Notes: a model not told the origin generated them from the letters alone. A DNA stretch of 248,000 nt from Rhodosorus marinus CCMP1338 (GCA_029953675.1 JAMWBK010000001.1:1260001-1508000); one strand, 5' to 3'. Positions 102,635-116,414 are shown, counted from the stretch's first letter. Made by a program: numbers and translations.

Positions 102635-103460
102635 TGAGGGATACTCCCAAACAAGCAATAAGAGATGTAACAAGTAAGGACACAGATACCTGATTTTGTT
102701 GACAGCTTATGGGCACAGCCTGGGTTTAAAAAAAAAAAAAGTCGCAAGAAGAATGGATTCGGTTGGATATTTTCTTAGATGTCCACCCAAAGTTGACAGG
102801 ACCGGATGACTATAACAATTGGAGAGCCAGCGTCACCAATGGATTCAAGCTGGGAGGTGTACATGAAGCCGTGTTGGGGCAGGAGGATAATGTGGACGAA
102901 CGAGTTCGAGCGGTGTCGCTGCTCAAATTGAACCTGGGAATTGAAGCTATGCTGATCGCAGAACAGCCCATAGACGCAAAAGAACCCATGGAAAAATTGG
103001 AAAAGAAACACGTCACGAAAACGATAGCGACCTTTGTGAATGTGAAACATGAACGGCAACCAAATTTCAACGAGGTACCATGAAAGGAACACTGGCCCAC
103101 GCCAGCCAACTTGGAGAAACAATCCACACGGACGTTTCGGACACTAAATATATCGAAAGGAGCAGAATATTGGCTCACCTTTACCGACGAGGTATCGAGA
103201 TTCACCACAATCTACGGAACAGAAGAAGAGCGACGTATCCCAGGTATTCGACGTATGCATGGCATATTTCGAACGCATAACTGGCCAAAAGGCAACCACC
103301 GCCAACTCAGCACAGGAGCAGAATACCTGGCTTTAATACCTACGGATGAAAGAAAATTCAAGAAGCTTGACATCACCCTGGACACAAGGTCTAGACACGA
103401 CGTCTTGAATTTTAACTACGTATGGTGTATTGGGTCTGGTTCTTGTAGAAATGTACAGTA
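102635..103460 (+). mobile_element. Copia remnant with LTR end, half-tRNA-iMet-type PBS, gag and integrase fragments
   Basis: ..tgttgaca then gcttatgggcacag (102705-102718); LTGPDDYNNW gag; AEYWLTFTDEVSRF integrase; LTR relatives at ~100760-101030 and ~232830-232990. Confidence 0.7.
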
Positions 103461-106400
103461 GAGCCCCGACAAGTTCACGGTAAGGAAACTCCTCTTACCT
103501 TCAGGATTTTTCTGTCGGTATATAGTCCTTTGTCGTCTGCGTTGGCACAGGTTTGCTCTAGCTTATTCTGAACTCTTCGAGTATTTTCTCGATGTATGTC
103601 TTCTGCCCAAGAACATCATCCATTAACTTGGGGCAGAAGATATACATCGAGAAAATACTCGAAGAATGCAGAATGAGGGAGAGCAAACCGGTGCCAACGT
103701 CCATGACAAAGGGCTATATGCCGGCGGAAAAGTCTCGGACTGGTTAAGTTTTCTTCTGTAGACCCGTGCCCATACGCCGTCAGCCGTCTAGTGGCTGGGC
103801 GGTTCGTTCCAGCACCCTCGAGAATACCGCCTTGCGTATCGTCTCTCGGTGTCCGTGGCCTCCTCGGGGTTGTCAATTACTACCCGTAGACCTCTCAAGT
103901 CAAGAAAGGTCTCGGCCTGCAAAAAAAGCAACTTTCAGTATCTGAAAGACAAGATCTCCATTAAAAACGGAGGATAATTTGAACTGTCCTCTGGAGTCCC
104001 GACCAGTAATCAATCGTTACAGTTGCAGCTATTCGCAACTTGATGCATGCAAATTTTAGAGGCTGGTTACAAATATTTTTCTGGAGGGGGTTATGTTTGG
104101 TTAGTGGCTTGCCACGCCAGCTTACCGCGCTTTGCTCAGACTTTGCACCGCTTTCTGCTGCGGAGCAACCCCTTTTACTCCCCGAAATACACCGGAGGCT
104201 TTGTCTTCCACAGGCATTCGTGCTTCGGCTCTCGCTCATCGCCTGCTACCTCTGCTCATTGAGCGCTTTGGGCTTGTGGATTCCGTTGGTTTCTCGTTGG
104301 CTTCGGGAAGTGTTCCGCAAACACCCTGACCGTCTGTCCTCGTTGTTAACCCGTTAAGTTTCTTGCTGTAGCCTATGAACGCTACTTTGATGTTGGAGGC
104401 GCGTGATCTTCGCTGCGCTTCGTCCTTTTTTTCCTCTTCGTTTTTTTTTTTCAGCTCCCATTGAACCAATTCATTCATTCGATGTCTGGTACTACTACGC
104501 CCTGCGTAGTGTTTAAGGCTACGTTAGTACACTACTACTTTGCTGAGCATCCTACTGAATATTTGGCGCTCTTGAGGCGTTTAAGTGTCTCCCTTTGGCG
104601 ATATTCCAGCGACATGCTTTCCGAGGCGCGCCATCGGCGCCTGGGGTTGCATGCTTCCCTCCCTAGTTATTAGTTCATCTTCACGCCTTGCGTAGCGCTT
104701 CAGGCTATGCTAGTAAAGTCCAGTACACTACTAATACGTAGTGTTCTAAGTTCACAGGCAAACTCTGCCAAAGCTAACACGTGTCACATGCTAAATGAGC
104801 TTGCGTGGTGACCTTCAGAGCAACTTTGGATAAGGCAGGCTCTTTCCGTTCCTGCGCACCAAAAAAAAGCGGACCACGTCTTGACCCCCCAAAATTACAT
104901 CGGTATTAAGACTAGATGAAATTCGTTATTTCTGTCCACTTTCAAGAAATGGGCGGCGGCGAGTTGGACGTGGATTCCACTGCCAACTCCGAGGGGATAA
105001 AATAACTTTGATATAAGGTAATTAAACCAATTATATCTCTTTCGAGCTCGTTCTAACCTATTACCATCTGCTATGGCGCACCGAAGTATTAGATATCATT
105101 AAAGGGCATAAAATAAGTTTAATATAAACTTATTAGACCAAATATATTACTTATCTTTTATCTTCAACCAATTGAAATCTGTTACTCTTAAAATACTGGA
105201 CCGTTTAAAAAGCATTTTGATTGTTTTAAACAAGCTGTGGTTGAAATAATTTTAAGATCAGCTGAAGCTCTGTTACTCGGCTGCCCAGTTTCTGGTGAGG
105301 TGCTAGTGCAAACCCCGCCATCGTGCTAGGCTGGTCACGGAACTATCCTTGAAACTCTGACTCCGTACCAATGCTGCTCCGTTACTGTACCCCCCTTCAT
105401 CAGCATGGTCGTGTTTTTATGCTACTCAGAGCAGTTCGGCTGTGAATGATGAGGTCATAACACCGCCGTGGTACGTTTACACACGCGCGATCCAAATCAC
105501 CGCGTTAGCTCTTTAAATTCCGCTGTTGTGGGCCCTCTATTCGCTGAGGTTTTGCCGCTCTCATGCAGCCGTAGTTTTAAGAGGCCCGCTCTCTTGCATT
105601 TCGTCCTCTCACGCTATGTGGTAGCCATTCGGTGCTCAATTATTTCGCTAGTGCTCGATCGGGATATAAAGCGTCAGAAGCACACGATGGACCTGACAAA
105701 ACAACCAAAAATCCACTCCGCGTTGAAAAAAAACCAGAAATGAATGCGTTGCATCACGTTCGACCCGTCGCGACATTCGCAACAACGGCTGTCTCTCCTC
105801 CCCTCTCCCCCTTTTGCAAATTTGTGATTACTATGGTAAAACGTAACCATTTTACCAAAACGGAGAAGGCGGTAATCTTCGCAACTTTGGCCAACCTCCC
105901 TGGCTCAACCAGTACTACTCCCTGCTAACTTCCGAAATCTGGGACCCCCCAGGGAAGTTGTTTTGGTGGGCTTCACGACGGCCAAGGCTGGGATTTGTTT
106001 TTTTTCCTTTTTCCATGCCCACCATTTGAGTCTGGGACTCTACGAAATTCGTGATGGATTTTGTTTTGAGCGCCAGGGAGTGCTGTGGAAAAATCAAACA
106101 ATTTCGAAGGAGAGAGAAGTCAAACCACAACAAAAAAAAAAAAAAAAAACCTTCCGCGTTGTAAAGCCACGGTGTATTAAACTCCCAAACTACCCCACCT
106201 TTTCACCTCAACCCCACCCCACACCTACCTTTTCTAATAAATGAAGAAAAAGGTTTTCCTCAACCCTTAATTACGTATTGAAACACGAGCCGCCCTTGGG
106301 CTCACTGTAAAATATTCAAATTTGGTGCATTTTTTCTCTTGCTCATGGATGAATGCAGTTTTTGTAAAATAAAAACCAATAAATCCAAATCCCGCTGAAT

Positions 106401-107598
106401 TATTAGAGTAGTTTTAAATTTTGCAAATGTCCTTTGTCCGAAATATTTACCGTCATAGCGGGTTGTGTCTTATTACGACGTATGATCGTGGGAACATCGG
106501 CTATACAACACCCCGTTGGCCCAGTCAAGGTTGCTTCAAAACCTGGTTATGCCTTGTCTTGTAGTCGTTTTCTGTGTTTTCTACAACGACGGATGATCGC
106601 GGGAACATAGGCTATCCACCTTGCTGGCCCAGTCAAGATTGCTTAAAAAACCTGGTTGTTCATCATCAGTTTATCAGAGTGTTTTATCTTCTTTTTTTCT
106701 TCACCCAAGCTAGCTTTTGCCGTTCCAAACACGTCTTTAATGGAGAACTTGTCTTTCAGACACTGGCCGTTCCAGGCCCAGTTCTTTCTTGACTTCAGAG
106801 GTCTCGGGTAGTAATTGACAACCCTGAGGAGGCGACGGACACCGGGAGACGATACGTACGGCGGTATTCTCGAGGGTGCTGGAATGAACATGTGTATTGT
106901 TTTATATTCCTTTTTTCTTCACCCAAACTAACTCTTGGAGAAGAAGAATTCCCGATTGGCCGAGGACACTAGACTGGCTACCAGCACGATTCACCGGGGA
107001 AGTGTCTTTTCTTTCTGGAGGTTGAGATCTGTCTGTCGAACGTCGTGATAGAAGACAGCCACCGCAAGAGATAAATTTTTATTTAATTCATTATAGACAC
107101 TCTCTAGTACAATCGCATAATTTTTAACCATTGTGGAACGAACAAAAAAGGTTGAAAATTTCGATTGGGACCATATGGGAACATTGGCCAATACGCTTGT
107201 CCCCGGCCAATGGTTGTGGATTTTCCCTGACCTAGTCATGGCCGTATCTTATATAAAGATTAGATTACCTGGATTCGGCAAGAAGACACGTCCTTGTTGG
107301 CTAAATGCTCCATATGGATGTCTTTCGCTTCGTCGCCTCGGCTAGTCCCTCTTCCTTTCTCTTTTTTTTGAACTCGGGTGCGCTGGTAAGATCGTCTTAA
107401 CCATTCGTTCGGTAAGATCGTCTTCGGCAATGAAAAAACTACAACAATAAACATTAATATATATTTGTTTTTCTACAAGACGGAATATTGGGGAAGAGGC
107501 CAGGGGGGGGAGGGGTTAAGGTGGCATCTTTGGAGGGGATAATTCACGAAGGGGGAGGCAGAATGTTTTTTGTGTTCAGAAAATTTTTGAATTTGCTC

Positions 107599-107940
107599 AT
107601 CAACAACGTTTGATAATGCATCAAAATGTTTTCGAGATATTTTTAATTTTCCGTGGGTTGCGTGTGTCTAGTTTTGTTGCAATTGGCTGATGCTGGGTGA
107701 AAGCCTCTACAGTTCCCTCTTTTTTCCTGGCCAGATGGTGGAATAGTAGTTATTTTTATACACAGAGACATCAACAACGTTTGATAATGCATCAAAATGT
107801 TTTCGAGATATTTTTAATTTTCCGTGGGTTGCGTGTGTCTAGTTTTGTTGCAATTGGCTGATGCTGGGTGAAAGCCTCTACAGTTCCCTCTTTTTTCCTG
107901 GCCAGATGGTGGAATAGTAGTTATTTTTATACACAGAGAC
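107599..107940. repeat. ~171-bp exact tandem duplication
   Basis: atcaacaacgtttgataatgc...atacacagagac occurs twice head to tail. Confidence 0.9.
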
Positions 107941-109013
107941 ATAAAAAACCGGGGGTGGGTGGTAGAGGGGGTGCCGCTCCTCCTTCCATTATTTTCATCC
108001 ACTTTAATCTACTCTATTGCTGAGGACAAAAAACAACAACAAAAACACTTCAGTGTAAGTAACAAAATCTCACATTTCCACTGGCAATCTATGAGTAAAG
108101 ACGAGTAAACGTGAAAAGATACTCACCTTGGAACATCGGCCAACCTCTATGGCCCCGGCTCAGCCCCTTCCGGGGGCCGGGAAGGTTCGCCGATGTTCCG
108201 ATCGCGGTGTTTGTTATTTTAAAAATGAATCGATCGGAGTGGGATTTTGAGCGATGCTAAAGAGCTCGTTTGCTGGTTTGGGTGACGCTAGTAATGTCGC
108301 TTTAGGCTATGCTAGTAAAGCCATGTTGACAAAGCAGGTGTTTAGTACCTATTTCTAATGTCTCTTGTTGCTTTATCAACAAGTAATACGCCAGAACTAT
108401 GGCAACTCTGCTTTGGGAGGGGGGAGGGACTCGTTTACCACCTTCGGTAACTGTCGATGGGTTAATTTCCAGGATGCACCGAGGATATTCGACGCCCCTC
108501 TTCAACAAAGTCGCAGGTAACATACTTCCCTATATGGGCAACCACAGAAGATGAGTGTGTGGTTTTTTAAATTTTTTTTTTTCGAGTTTCGGTCGAGTAC
108601 GTTTCTGTAGCACCTCGTCGAAGTGAAGAAGGGGAAAAAACCAACAAAGTCCGAGCATGTAAATGTCAGGTTTGCACTTACTCACAAGTTTAATGTTTGC
108701 AACCGGACTGTGCCGCCAATGGTAGACAAAACAAGTAGGAAAAAAAAAAAGTTAAGAACCTGACCTTAAATCGGTCGCGGAGGGGGCTGGGAAACCCATG
108801 TCACGAATGCACCGGCTTTAGAAGAATGAGAACGGATTTTGAAGAGCATTCTCAAGATGGCTTATAAAGAGTTGTATCTTTGATTTCTACGACGGTGAGG
108901 GAGGGAGGGAGGGAAGAATGGGATTGCCCTATCGGACGAGTGGATGTTTTGAGGATTTTAGGAGGAGTTTCCAAGAGGGCCGTGAGACCACGGTAGGATA
109001 GAACTATGAGGAT

Positions 109014-112000
109014 TTGAGTGCCGGGAGTCCGGGAAACATGGGGTGTAGGGTGTTGGTTGTGCTGGTGGTCGCTGCGGTGGCGCTGCAATATGCGGCGGTT
109101 GGAGGAGCGCTGACGCAAGTCGATTTTGAGGATGTTCCTGTCGCAGAGGGTATTCCTGGTCTACCTACTGACTTTGCGTTCATGCCTCCAGGTCAGACGG
109201 AGCGGATTCTGGTCACCGACTTTAGAGGCATGGTCCAAGTTGTTGTGAAGGGAGCGGTCCAGGAGAAATTGTTTCTGGACGAGAGGGTGTCCCAGGAGGA
109301 GCGGGACAATTTCATAGGCTACGGGAATTTTGGGGATAGAGGCATCGCACCAGAGTATCGGGCTGTCGCGGTAGATGCTGACTTTGAAAATTTTCCATAC
109401 GTGTACTTTGCGTACATCTACTATCCCGCAACTGTGGAAGGACCAGTACAAATTCCCATGCAAGGGTTTGTGAAGCGATATAGGGTGAGCCCTGACCTCT
109501 CAGAGGTCGATCGCAGCACGGGGAAGATCATTTTTGGAAACTACGTTAACGGAAACTGTTTGGAGGTTGACGTGAAGGAGGACAACTACTGTGTAACTCG
109601 TCCGCCACATAACATGTCCGGGTTGCTGTCAGACCCGAACGGCAGGCTTTGGATAACCACAGGGGACTCTGCGTTTGTGTACGACTCTGAACGACCCTTG
109701 GCAATGAGGTCTCAGGATCTTGACTCGCTGTACGGAAAAGTGCTGAGGGTAAATCGAAATGGATTAGGTCTGAAATCTAACCCGTATTACAACGGCGACT
109801 ACCGGGCCAACCGATCAAAGGTGATGGCTTTGGGGCTGCGAAACCCATGGAATATTCACTGGGACGACGCGCTCGGAACCGCGTGGGTGTCTGATGTTGG
109901 GGAAGCATCGCTTGAGGAATTTAATCTGGTCCGGCCGCGGTCGAACTTTGAGTGGCCGTGCTTTGAGTCGGAGCTCGATCGCTTTCAGTTTGGCATCTTC
110001 CCCGAATGTGCGGACATGCTCAATGACGTGCCACCATCGTCCGGCGCCGTGTATACGGGGACGAGAGCCGGTCCGGCGTTCAGCTACTCGCACCGGGAGG
110101 GTAGTGCAAATACTGGTGTGGCTCCCGTGAACATTGAGGGATGGCCGGAAACTTTCAACCACGGCGTATATTTCTGCGATTACACTGGAAACTGGATACG
110201 GTACGTCAAAGTAGACGAACCTGGTGACGTGGTGTCGGAGGCTTTAGACTTTGCCACCGAGGTCCTCGGGCCTGTCAACATTAAAACAGGTAGCGACGGA
110301 TGTCTGTACTACCTGGCGCTAACTGCGAGCCAGTTAGGCAAGATCTGCTACAGGGAGGATAATTCACCGGCCGAGGTGGTTGGGATCGTACCCCCGAATG
110401 GGTTCGAGGGGGTGGCGCGGTCGGTCGTGGTTGAGGTGGCCGTAAGCAAGAAGGTGACGGCGGAGACGGCAGTAGCGGCTATAACTGTGGTGGAAACTGT
110501 ATCCGGGGAAGCTGTTGCCGGGTTTGTGGAGCACGATGGGACCAGGAACATTCTTACCTTCGTTCCAAACGACCTACTGAAGGAGGACACGATGTACACG
110601 GTGACGGTTTACGGGTTGATCGACCTGAAAGGTATCTTAATGAAGGGCGAGGAGACGAGTACATTCGTGACGGGTAGTGGTTTCGTGCAATATCTTTCCG
110701 ACCTTCCCCTGACCGTGGATCCAAAGCCGAGTCGAGTTGTGCGTGACATGGCGGAGGACGGCCGGACTCCCATCACAATCCGCGGGAAACGGTTCAGGAA
110801 AGGCTTGAGCTTCAGCCCTGTGGTACTGATAGATGTACAAGTCCCCGATGGATGTACGTCGATCGAAGGCTTCTACGGGATTGACGACATCTCTCGTAGG
110901 ATTGCGAGCGGTGCTGTTATATTTACGATTGCTGTCGACGGCACCTTTATCTACGACTCAACGGTGGATGGTCTCGGCATACCCAGTAGAAAGGTAGACC
111001 CCGAGTTTTACTTCAGGTTGCCGGTGGAGAGTGGAAGCACGGTGACTTTAAGAGGCGACTTTGGCGACCTCGATGACATAGAAGCGATTGAGAATCGTGG
111101 AGTGTGGGCTGATGCTGCCTTCCGCTGCGGGAACTTGGATTCCAGCGCCCCACAGGTCGAGTCGTTTGAGCCTGGTAACGGCGAAACCACATCGACCAAC
111201 CCCTTGATTCAGATCACATTCGACGAGGTCATGAACTATAACACGATCATTCAGGCGGTGAGCATCGAGTCGGTGGATGGGCGTCGTATCCCGTGGCTCC
111301 CGGTGGAGAGTACCAACCCCCAAGTTTTCCTGCTCGCCGTGGAGGACCTAGAGTTCGACGAGACGTACATAGTGAGTATATCCAATGAGGCCACAGACGT
111401 TTCTGGAAACCGATTGGAGGAAGACATGCAGTGGTCATTTACCACGGAGGCGCCGCCAGCAAGTGGAGAGAAGGTCCAACTCGTGGAAGATCTGATACCT
111501 AAGAGCTTAACGGGCGGTGTATCTTTCGATGGATTCCCGAGGAGTTTAATCCCAGGGGTGCAAGTGCACCAGAATGGCCTTGGCATGCAGGCAAACGCCA
111601 AGGTCAGCTACGACCTGAGTGGCCTCTCTTGTACACGGCTGAAGGGGCTCGCGGGTAAAGACGCAGCTGCAGGAGGGGATTCTGGTGCTTGCCGGCTGCG
111701 AATTTTCAGCGGGGTGAGTGAGGAAACATCCCAGAGGCGTTTGAATCGGTACCCCCGCGCAGCTCAGCCGTCCCGGGGGCTAAGTGTTGGTGTGGAGGGG
111801 GATAAATATCTCGAGATTAGACTTTCCGCCGGGGGGGATGGCGGCGTCGCTAGGGATTTTTGCGACATCGTCCGACCTAGAGTGGAATGTGATGGTGTTG
111901 ATATCTACCTGACGTCACTCACGCCGTTGTCTGAGCGAGGGGTAGTTGAAAGGAACAAGAGCGCGTTGGGCTTGCCGCTGCAAATGTTCAGATCCTCAAT

Positions 112001-112838
112001 GACCTTCGAAACTGGGGTTGTTATCCCAGCCGGGGCGGAAGCGACGTATGAAATACCTGGCCGGTGCTCGACCGTGAGCTTCACAGTGGGAGCGGGCAAC
112101 GGAGCGGACTTTGGAGACACCGAGCTGGTGACAACTGTAGACGGAGAGGCGGTTTGCACGGATCAGAACTTTTTCCATCGCGACGGGGCGAGGACGTTCT
112201 CGTGCAGCGTGGAGGGAGGGAAGGAGTTGAGACTTCAGGCCGTCCGAGGGTCCACATCGGGCGCGATCGTCGTGGGCGAGGCACAACTGGATTGTGCCGT
112301 TGGAAGTCGGAAACCTGTGTGCGAGATATCGTCGCTCCCTGTCAGCTTCCGGGTCGGAGACACGATCGAGTACACAGGGAAAGCCTACCGCTTCAACGGA
112401 GAGGAACTGCTTGCGAGCGCTATTAGCTGGGATATCACGCTTGTCCACTGTGAGCCGGAATGTCACGACCATCCAGATACCAGAGTGGAGGGCAGGGAGA
112501 GCGGGAGCTACGACGTTCCCGATCATGGCGACTACTTCTTTATCAAGATTGACTGCATAGTGACGGACATGGGTGAGGTCTCTAAGACGTCGACAAGTGT
112601 GCTTCCGGAGACAGTTTCGGTTACGGTGGAATCAATACCAACAGGGAAGGTCGCCACCGTCGATGGCACAAACGGCGAGACACCGCTCTCGAAAACACTG
112701 GTCGTGGGCTCAACGATCACCGTGGACGCCAGTCCCATCGCTTTCGGCATTTGGTCACACGATAACACCCTCGCCCCAACTTTTAACTACTTTCTTGAGG
112801 ACGACACACCCGCCGTCTTCACCGCCAACTACAACTGA
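109014..112838 (+). CDS. Secreted GSDH-Ig-NPCBM protein, copy 3
   Basis: Likely start MGCRVLVVLVVAAVALQ; HNMSG, GLRNPW, HCEPECHDHP. Confidence 0.88.
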   Translation: MSAGSPGNMGCRVLVVLVVAAVALQYAAVGGALTQVDFEDVPVAEGIPGLPTDFAFMPPGQTERILVTDFRGMVQVVVKGAVQEKLFLDERVSQEERDNFIGYGNFGDRGIAPEYRAVAVDADFENFPYVYFAYIYYPATVEGPVQIPMQGFVKRYRVSPDLSEVDRSTGKIIFGNYVNGNCLEVDVKEDNYCVTRPPHNMSGLLSDPNGRLWITTGDSAFVYDSERPLAMRSQDLDSLYGKVLRVNRNGLGLKSNPYYNGDYRANRSKVMALGLRNPWNIHWDDALGTAWVSDVGEASLEEFNLVRPRSNFEWPCFESELDRFQFGIFPECADMLNDVPPSSGAVYTGTRAGPAFSYSHREGSANTGVAPVNIEGWPETFNHGVYFCDYTGNWIRYVKVDEPGDVVSEALDFATEVLGPVNIKTGSDGCLYYLALTASQLGKICYREDNSPAEVVGIVPPNGFEGVARSVVVEVAVSKKVTAETAVAAITVVETVSGEAVAGFVEHDGTRNILTFVPNDLLKEDTMYTVTVYGLIDLKGILMKGEETSTFVTGSGFVQYLSDLPLTVDPKPSRVVRDMAEDGRTPITIRGKRFRKGLSFSPVVLIDVQVPDGCTSIEGFYGIDDISRRIASGAVIFTIAVDGTFIYDSTVDGLGIPSRKVDPEFYFRLPVESGSTVTLRGDFGDLDDIEAIENRGVWADAAFRCGNLDSSAPQVESFEPGNGETTSTNPLIQITFDEVMNYNTIIQAVSIESVDGRRIPWLPVESTNPQVFLLAVEDLEFDETYIVSISNEATDVSGNRLEEDMQWSFTTEAPPASGEKVQLVEDLIPKSLTGGVSFDGFPRSLIPGVQVHQNGLGMQANAKVSYDLSGLSCTRLKGLAGKDAAAGGDSGACRLRIFSGVSEETSQRRLNRYPRAAQPSRGLSVGVEGDKYLEIRLSAGGDGGVARDFCDIVRPRVECDGVDIYLTSLTPLSERGVVERNKSALGLPLQMFRSSMTFETGVVIPAGAEATYEIPGRCSTVSFTVGAGNGADFGDTELVTTVDGEAVCTDQNFFHRDGARTFSCSVEGGKELRLQAVRGSTSGAIVVGEAQLDCAVGSRKPVCEISSLPVSFRVGDTIEYTGKAYRFNGEELLASAISWDITLVHCEPECHDHPDTRVEGRESGSYDVPDHGDYFFIKIDCIVTDMGEVSKTSTSVLPETVSVTVESIPTGKVATVDGTNGETPLSKTLVVGSTITVDASPIAFGIWSHDNTLAPTFNYFLEDDTPAVFTANYN

Positions 112839-113089
112839 GGGCGCGAGGTCCCAATTCATTCAAGAACTTAATTGGATGAATTGTTGCCATTAAGGCTTGT
112901 GGTTGGATCACTCTTTCGTATTTATATTGATTAATGTGCATAATTCCAATTTACTGGTAAACTATTTGTAGATAGTTGCCCTATGGATGATATGATTGGT
113001 TATCCAAACTGTATTTGGTTTTAGATTTTACAAACAATAAACAATTGACTGCGTGTGTTGGAATGAATGAATTTTTAGGGTTGTCTCTA

Positions 113090-116000
113090 AAAGATCAAAG
113101 GTGATGGCTTTAGGGTTGCGAAACCCATGGAATGTTCACTGGGGCGACGCGCTTGGAACAGCGTGGGTGTCCGATTTTGGGGAACTATCGCTTGAGGAAT
113201 TCAATCTGGTCCGGCCGCGGGCAAATTTTGAGTGGCCGTGCTTTGAGTCGGAGCTCGCTTTCAGTTTGGCATCTTCCCCGAATGTGCGGACATGCTCAGT
113301 GACGTCCCACCATCGTCCGGCGCCGTGTATCCGGGGACGAGAGCCGGTCCAGCGTTCAGCTACTCCCACCGGGAGGGTAGTGCAATTGCTGGTGTGGTTC
113401 CAGTGAACATTGAGGGATGGCCAGAAACTTTCAACCACGGCGTAGTTTTCTGCGACTACACTGGAAACTGGATACGGTACGTCAAAGTAGACAACCACGG
113501 CGTCTATGTCTGCGACTACATCGGAAATTGGATACGGTACGTCAAAGTAGACGAAATTGGTAACGTGGTGTCGGAGGCTCTCGATTTTGCTGCCGAGGGT
113601 CTCGGGCAGGTCAACACTAGAACGGGGGGTGACTAAAGTCTATATTACCCGGCATTCACTGCGAGCCGGCTAGGCATGATCTGTTATAGGGAGGATAAAT
113701 CACGGCCCGAGGTGGTTGGGATCGTACCGCCGAATGGGTCCGCGCTGTGGCGCGCTCTTCCGTGGTTGAGGTGGCGGTAAGCAAGAAGGTGACGGCGGAG
113801 TCGGCATTAGCGGCTACAACCGAAGTGGAGACTGTATCGGGGAAAGCTATTTCTGGGTTTGTGGAGCAGGACGAGACCAGGAACATTCTAACCTTCGTAC
113901 CTCGCGATCTACTGAAGGAGGGCACGATGTACACGGTGAAGGCTTCCGGGTTGATCGACCTGAGAGGTATCTCACTGGCTGGCGACGCTACGAGTATGTT
114001 CGTGACGGGCAGTGGCTTTGTGCGATGTATTTCCGACCTTCCCTTGACCGTGGATCCCACGCCGAGTCAGATTATGCTGAAAATGGCGGAGGATTCCGGG
114101 ACTCCCATCACGATCCGCGGGAAGCGGTTCAGGAAAGGTTTGAGCTTCGGCACTGTGGCGCTGATGGATGTACAAATCCTCAACGGACGTACATCAATTG
114201 AAGGTTAATACGGGATTGACGACATCTCCCGTAGGAGTAGCAACGGTTCTGTTATATTCACGATTGCTGTGGACGGGAGCTTTGTCTACGACCCAACGGT
114301 GGGTGGTCTCGGAATAACCAGCAGGAAGGTCAACCCCGAGTTTTACTTCAGGTTGGCTGTGGAACGTGGAAGTGCTGTCACTATGAGAGGGGACTTTGGA
114401 GACATTAGCCACAAGGAATCCATAGAAAATCGTGGAGTGTGGGCCGACGCTGCCTTCCGCCGTGGAACCTTGGATTCCAGCGCACCAAGGGTTGAATCGC
114501 TCGAGAGACGACAAAAAAACATCGATCGATCCTGTAATTTCATCAAGTTCGACGAGGTCATGAACTACAAAACGATCATTCAGGCGGTGAGCAACGAGTC
114601 CGAGGATGGTCGACGTTTCCCATTGCTTCCGGTGGAGAGTACCGACCCCCAAGCATTCCTGTTCGTTGTGGAGAACCTAGAGTTCGACGAGTCGTGCACT
114701 GTGAATATATCCACAGAGGCCACAGACGTCTCTGGAAACCGTTTGGATCAGGATTTCCAGTGGTCGTTGACGACAGAGTCACTACCAGCGAGCGGCGAGA
114801 TTCTCCAACTTCTGGTAGACCTGATACCCAGAGGTTCCAGTGGTGGTGCCTCGTTCAACGAATTTCCAAGGAAATTGTGGCCAGGAGTAAAAGTAGCAAA
114901 GAACGGTCTTGGAATGCGGGCAGATGCTATGGGCATCTACGAACTGAGTGGTCGAGACTATAGCCGCTTCAAGGGGCGCACGGGCATGGATGCGACGGCC
115001 GGGGGCGATTCCGGTAATTGTCGTCTCCAAATTTTCAGCGGTTCCAGTGCGGAAACGTCCACGAAGCACGTGGACAGGAAGTTTGGTGGAGCTAAGCGGT
115101 CCCAGGGGTTGCTATTTGGCATAGAAACGGGTGGGTATCTCGAAATACAGGTTTCTGGAAGTGGCGATGGCGGTAGGGAGCTCTTGGACATCGCTCAACC
115201 TAGGGTGGAGTGAAATGGTGTGGATGTATACTTGACAAATCTCACGCCGTTGGCTGAACAGGGACAGGTTGAGCGAAGTAGAAGTGCTGCGCAACTTCCA
115301 AAGCAGCTGATCTATACCTCAATGACCTTTGGAGGAGGGCATTCTGCTCCCCGCCGGATCGGAAATGACATACGAAATTCCTGGCAGGTGCTCGACGGTC
115401 AGCTTCACTGTAGGATCGGGCAACGGAACAGATTTTGGGGACACCCAGTTGCTGACACGGTGGACGGGGAGGCAGTTTGTACGGAGCAGAACTTTGTACA
115501 TCGCGACGGTGTGAGGTCTTTTTCGTGCAAAATCGAAGGAGGGGAGGAGCTCAAGCTGGAGGCTGTCAGAGGAGAGACTGGCGGTGCCATTGTCGTGTGG
115601 GCGGCGAACTGGAATGTGCAGTGGGAACTCGAAAACCGGTCTGTGAGATAATCTCGCTCCCCACCATCTTTCGAGTCGGCGACATGTCGAATACAGAGGA
115701 CAAGGCTACCGCTTCAACGGTGAATAGTTTCCTGCGAGTGCTCTTAGTTGGGAACTTACGCTTGTGCACTGTGAGCCGGATTGTCACAACAATCCGCAAG
115801 GCATTGTAGTTGGGAGGAAGAGAGGGACCTACGACGAGCCAAACCAGGGCGATTACTTTCCTTTCAAAATCGACTGCAAGTGAAAGATGGAAGTGAGGTT
115901 TCTAAGCATCGAATTGTGTGTATCCTGATACGGCATAGTGGAATCCATGTCGGTCACGGCATCGCCACCGTCAATGGCAAGAACGGCGAGACCCCGCTCT

Positions 116001-116315
116001 CGAAGACGGTAGTTGTGGGCGCCGTCTTCACCGCGGACCTCGATCCTGTAGCATTCGGAATCTGGTCACATGACAATACTCGCAAATCAACATTTGAGAA
116101 CGCTCTCGAGAATGAAACCCCCATCGTCTTCATCGCAAACTGTAGCTCCGGCAGGGAAGAGAAAGCGGGTTATACCTTCTATTCTTCGATTGGATGTAAT
116201 ATACGCCTATCTTGTAGCATTCGGGATCTGGTCACATGGTAATACTCTCAATTCAAACATTGAGTACTCTCTCGAGAATGAAACCCCCCAGGGTCTTCAT
116301 TTCAAACTATAACTG
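113090..116315 (+). pseudogene. GSDH-Ig-NPCBM pseudogene (5'-truncated, many frameshifts)
   Basis: Begins at SKVMALGLRNPW; fragments in several frames; internal duplication WIRYVKVD x2. Confidence 0.88.
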
Positions 116316-116414
116316 AGGCGGCGAAGAGAAAGGGGGTCATACCTTCTATTTACTTCTACTCTGTGCTTGCGTGCTTGTAATATAGCCAAGTCAGTAGCTA
116401 AGAGTATTTATTAG

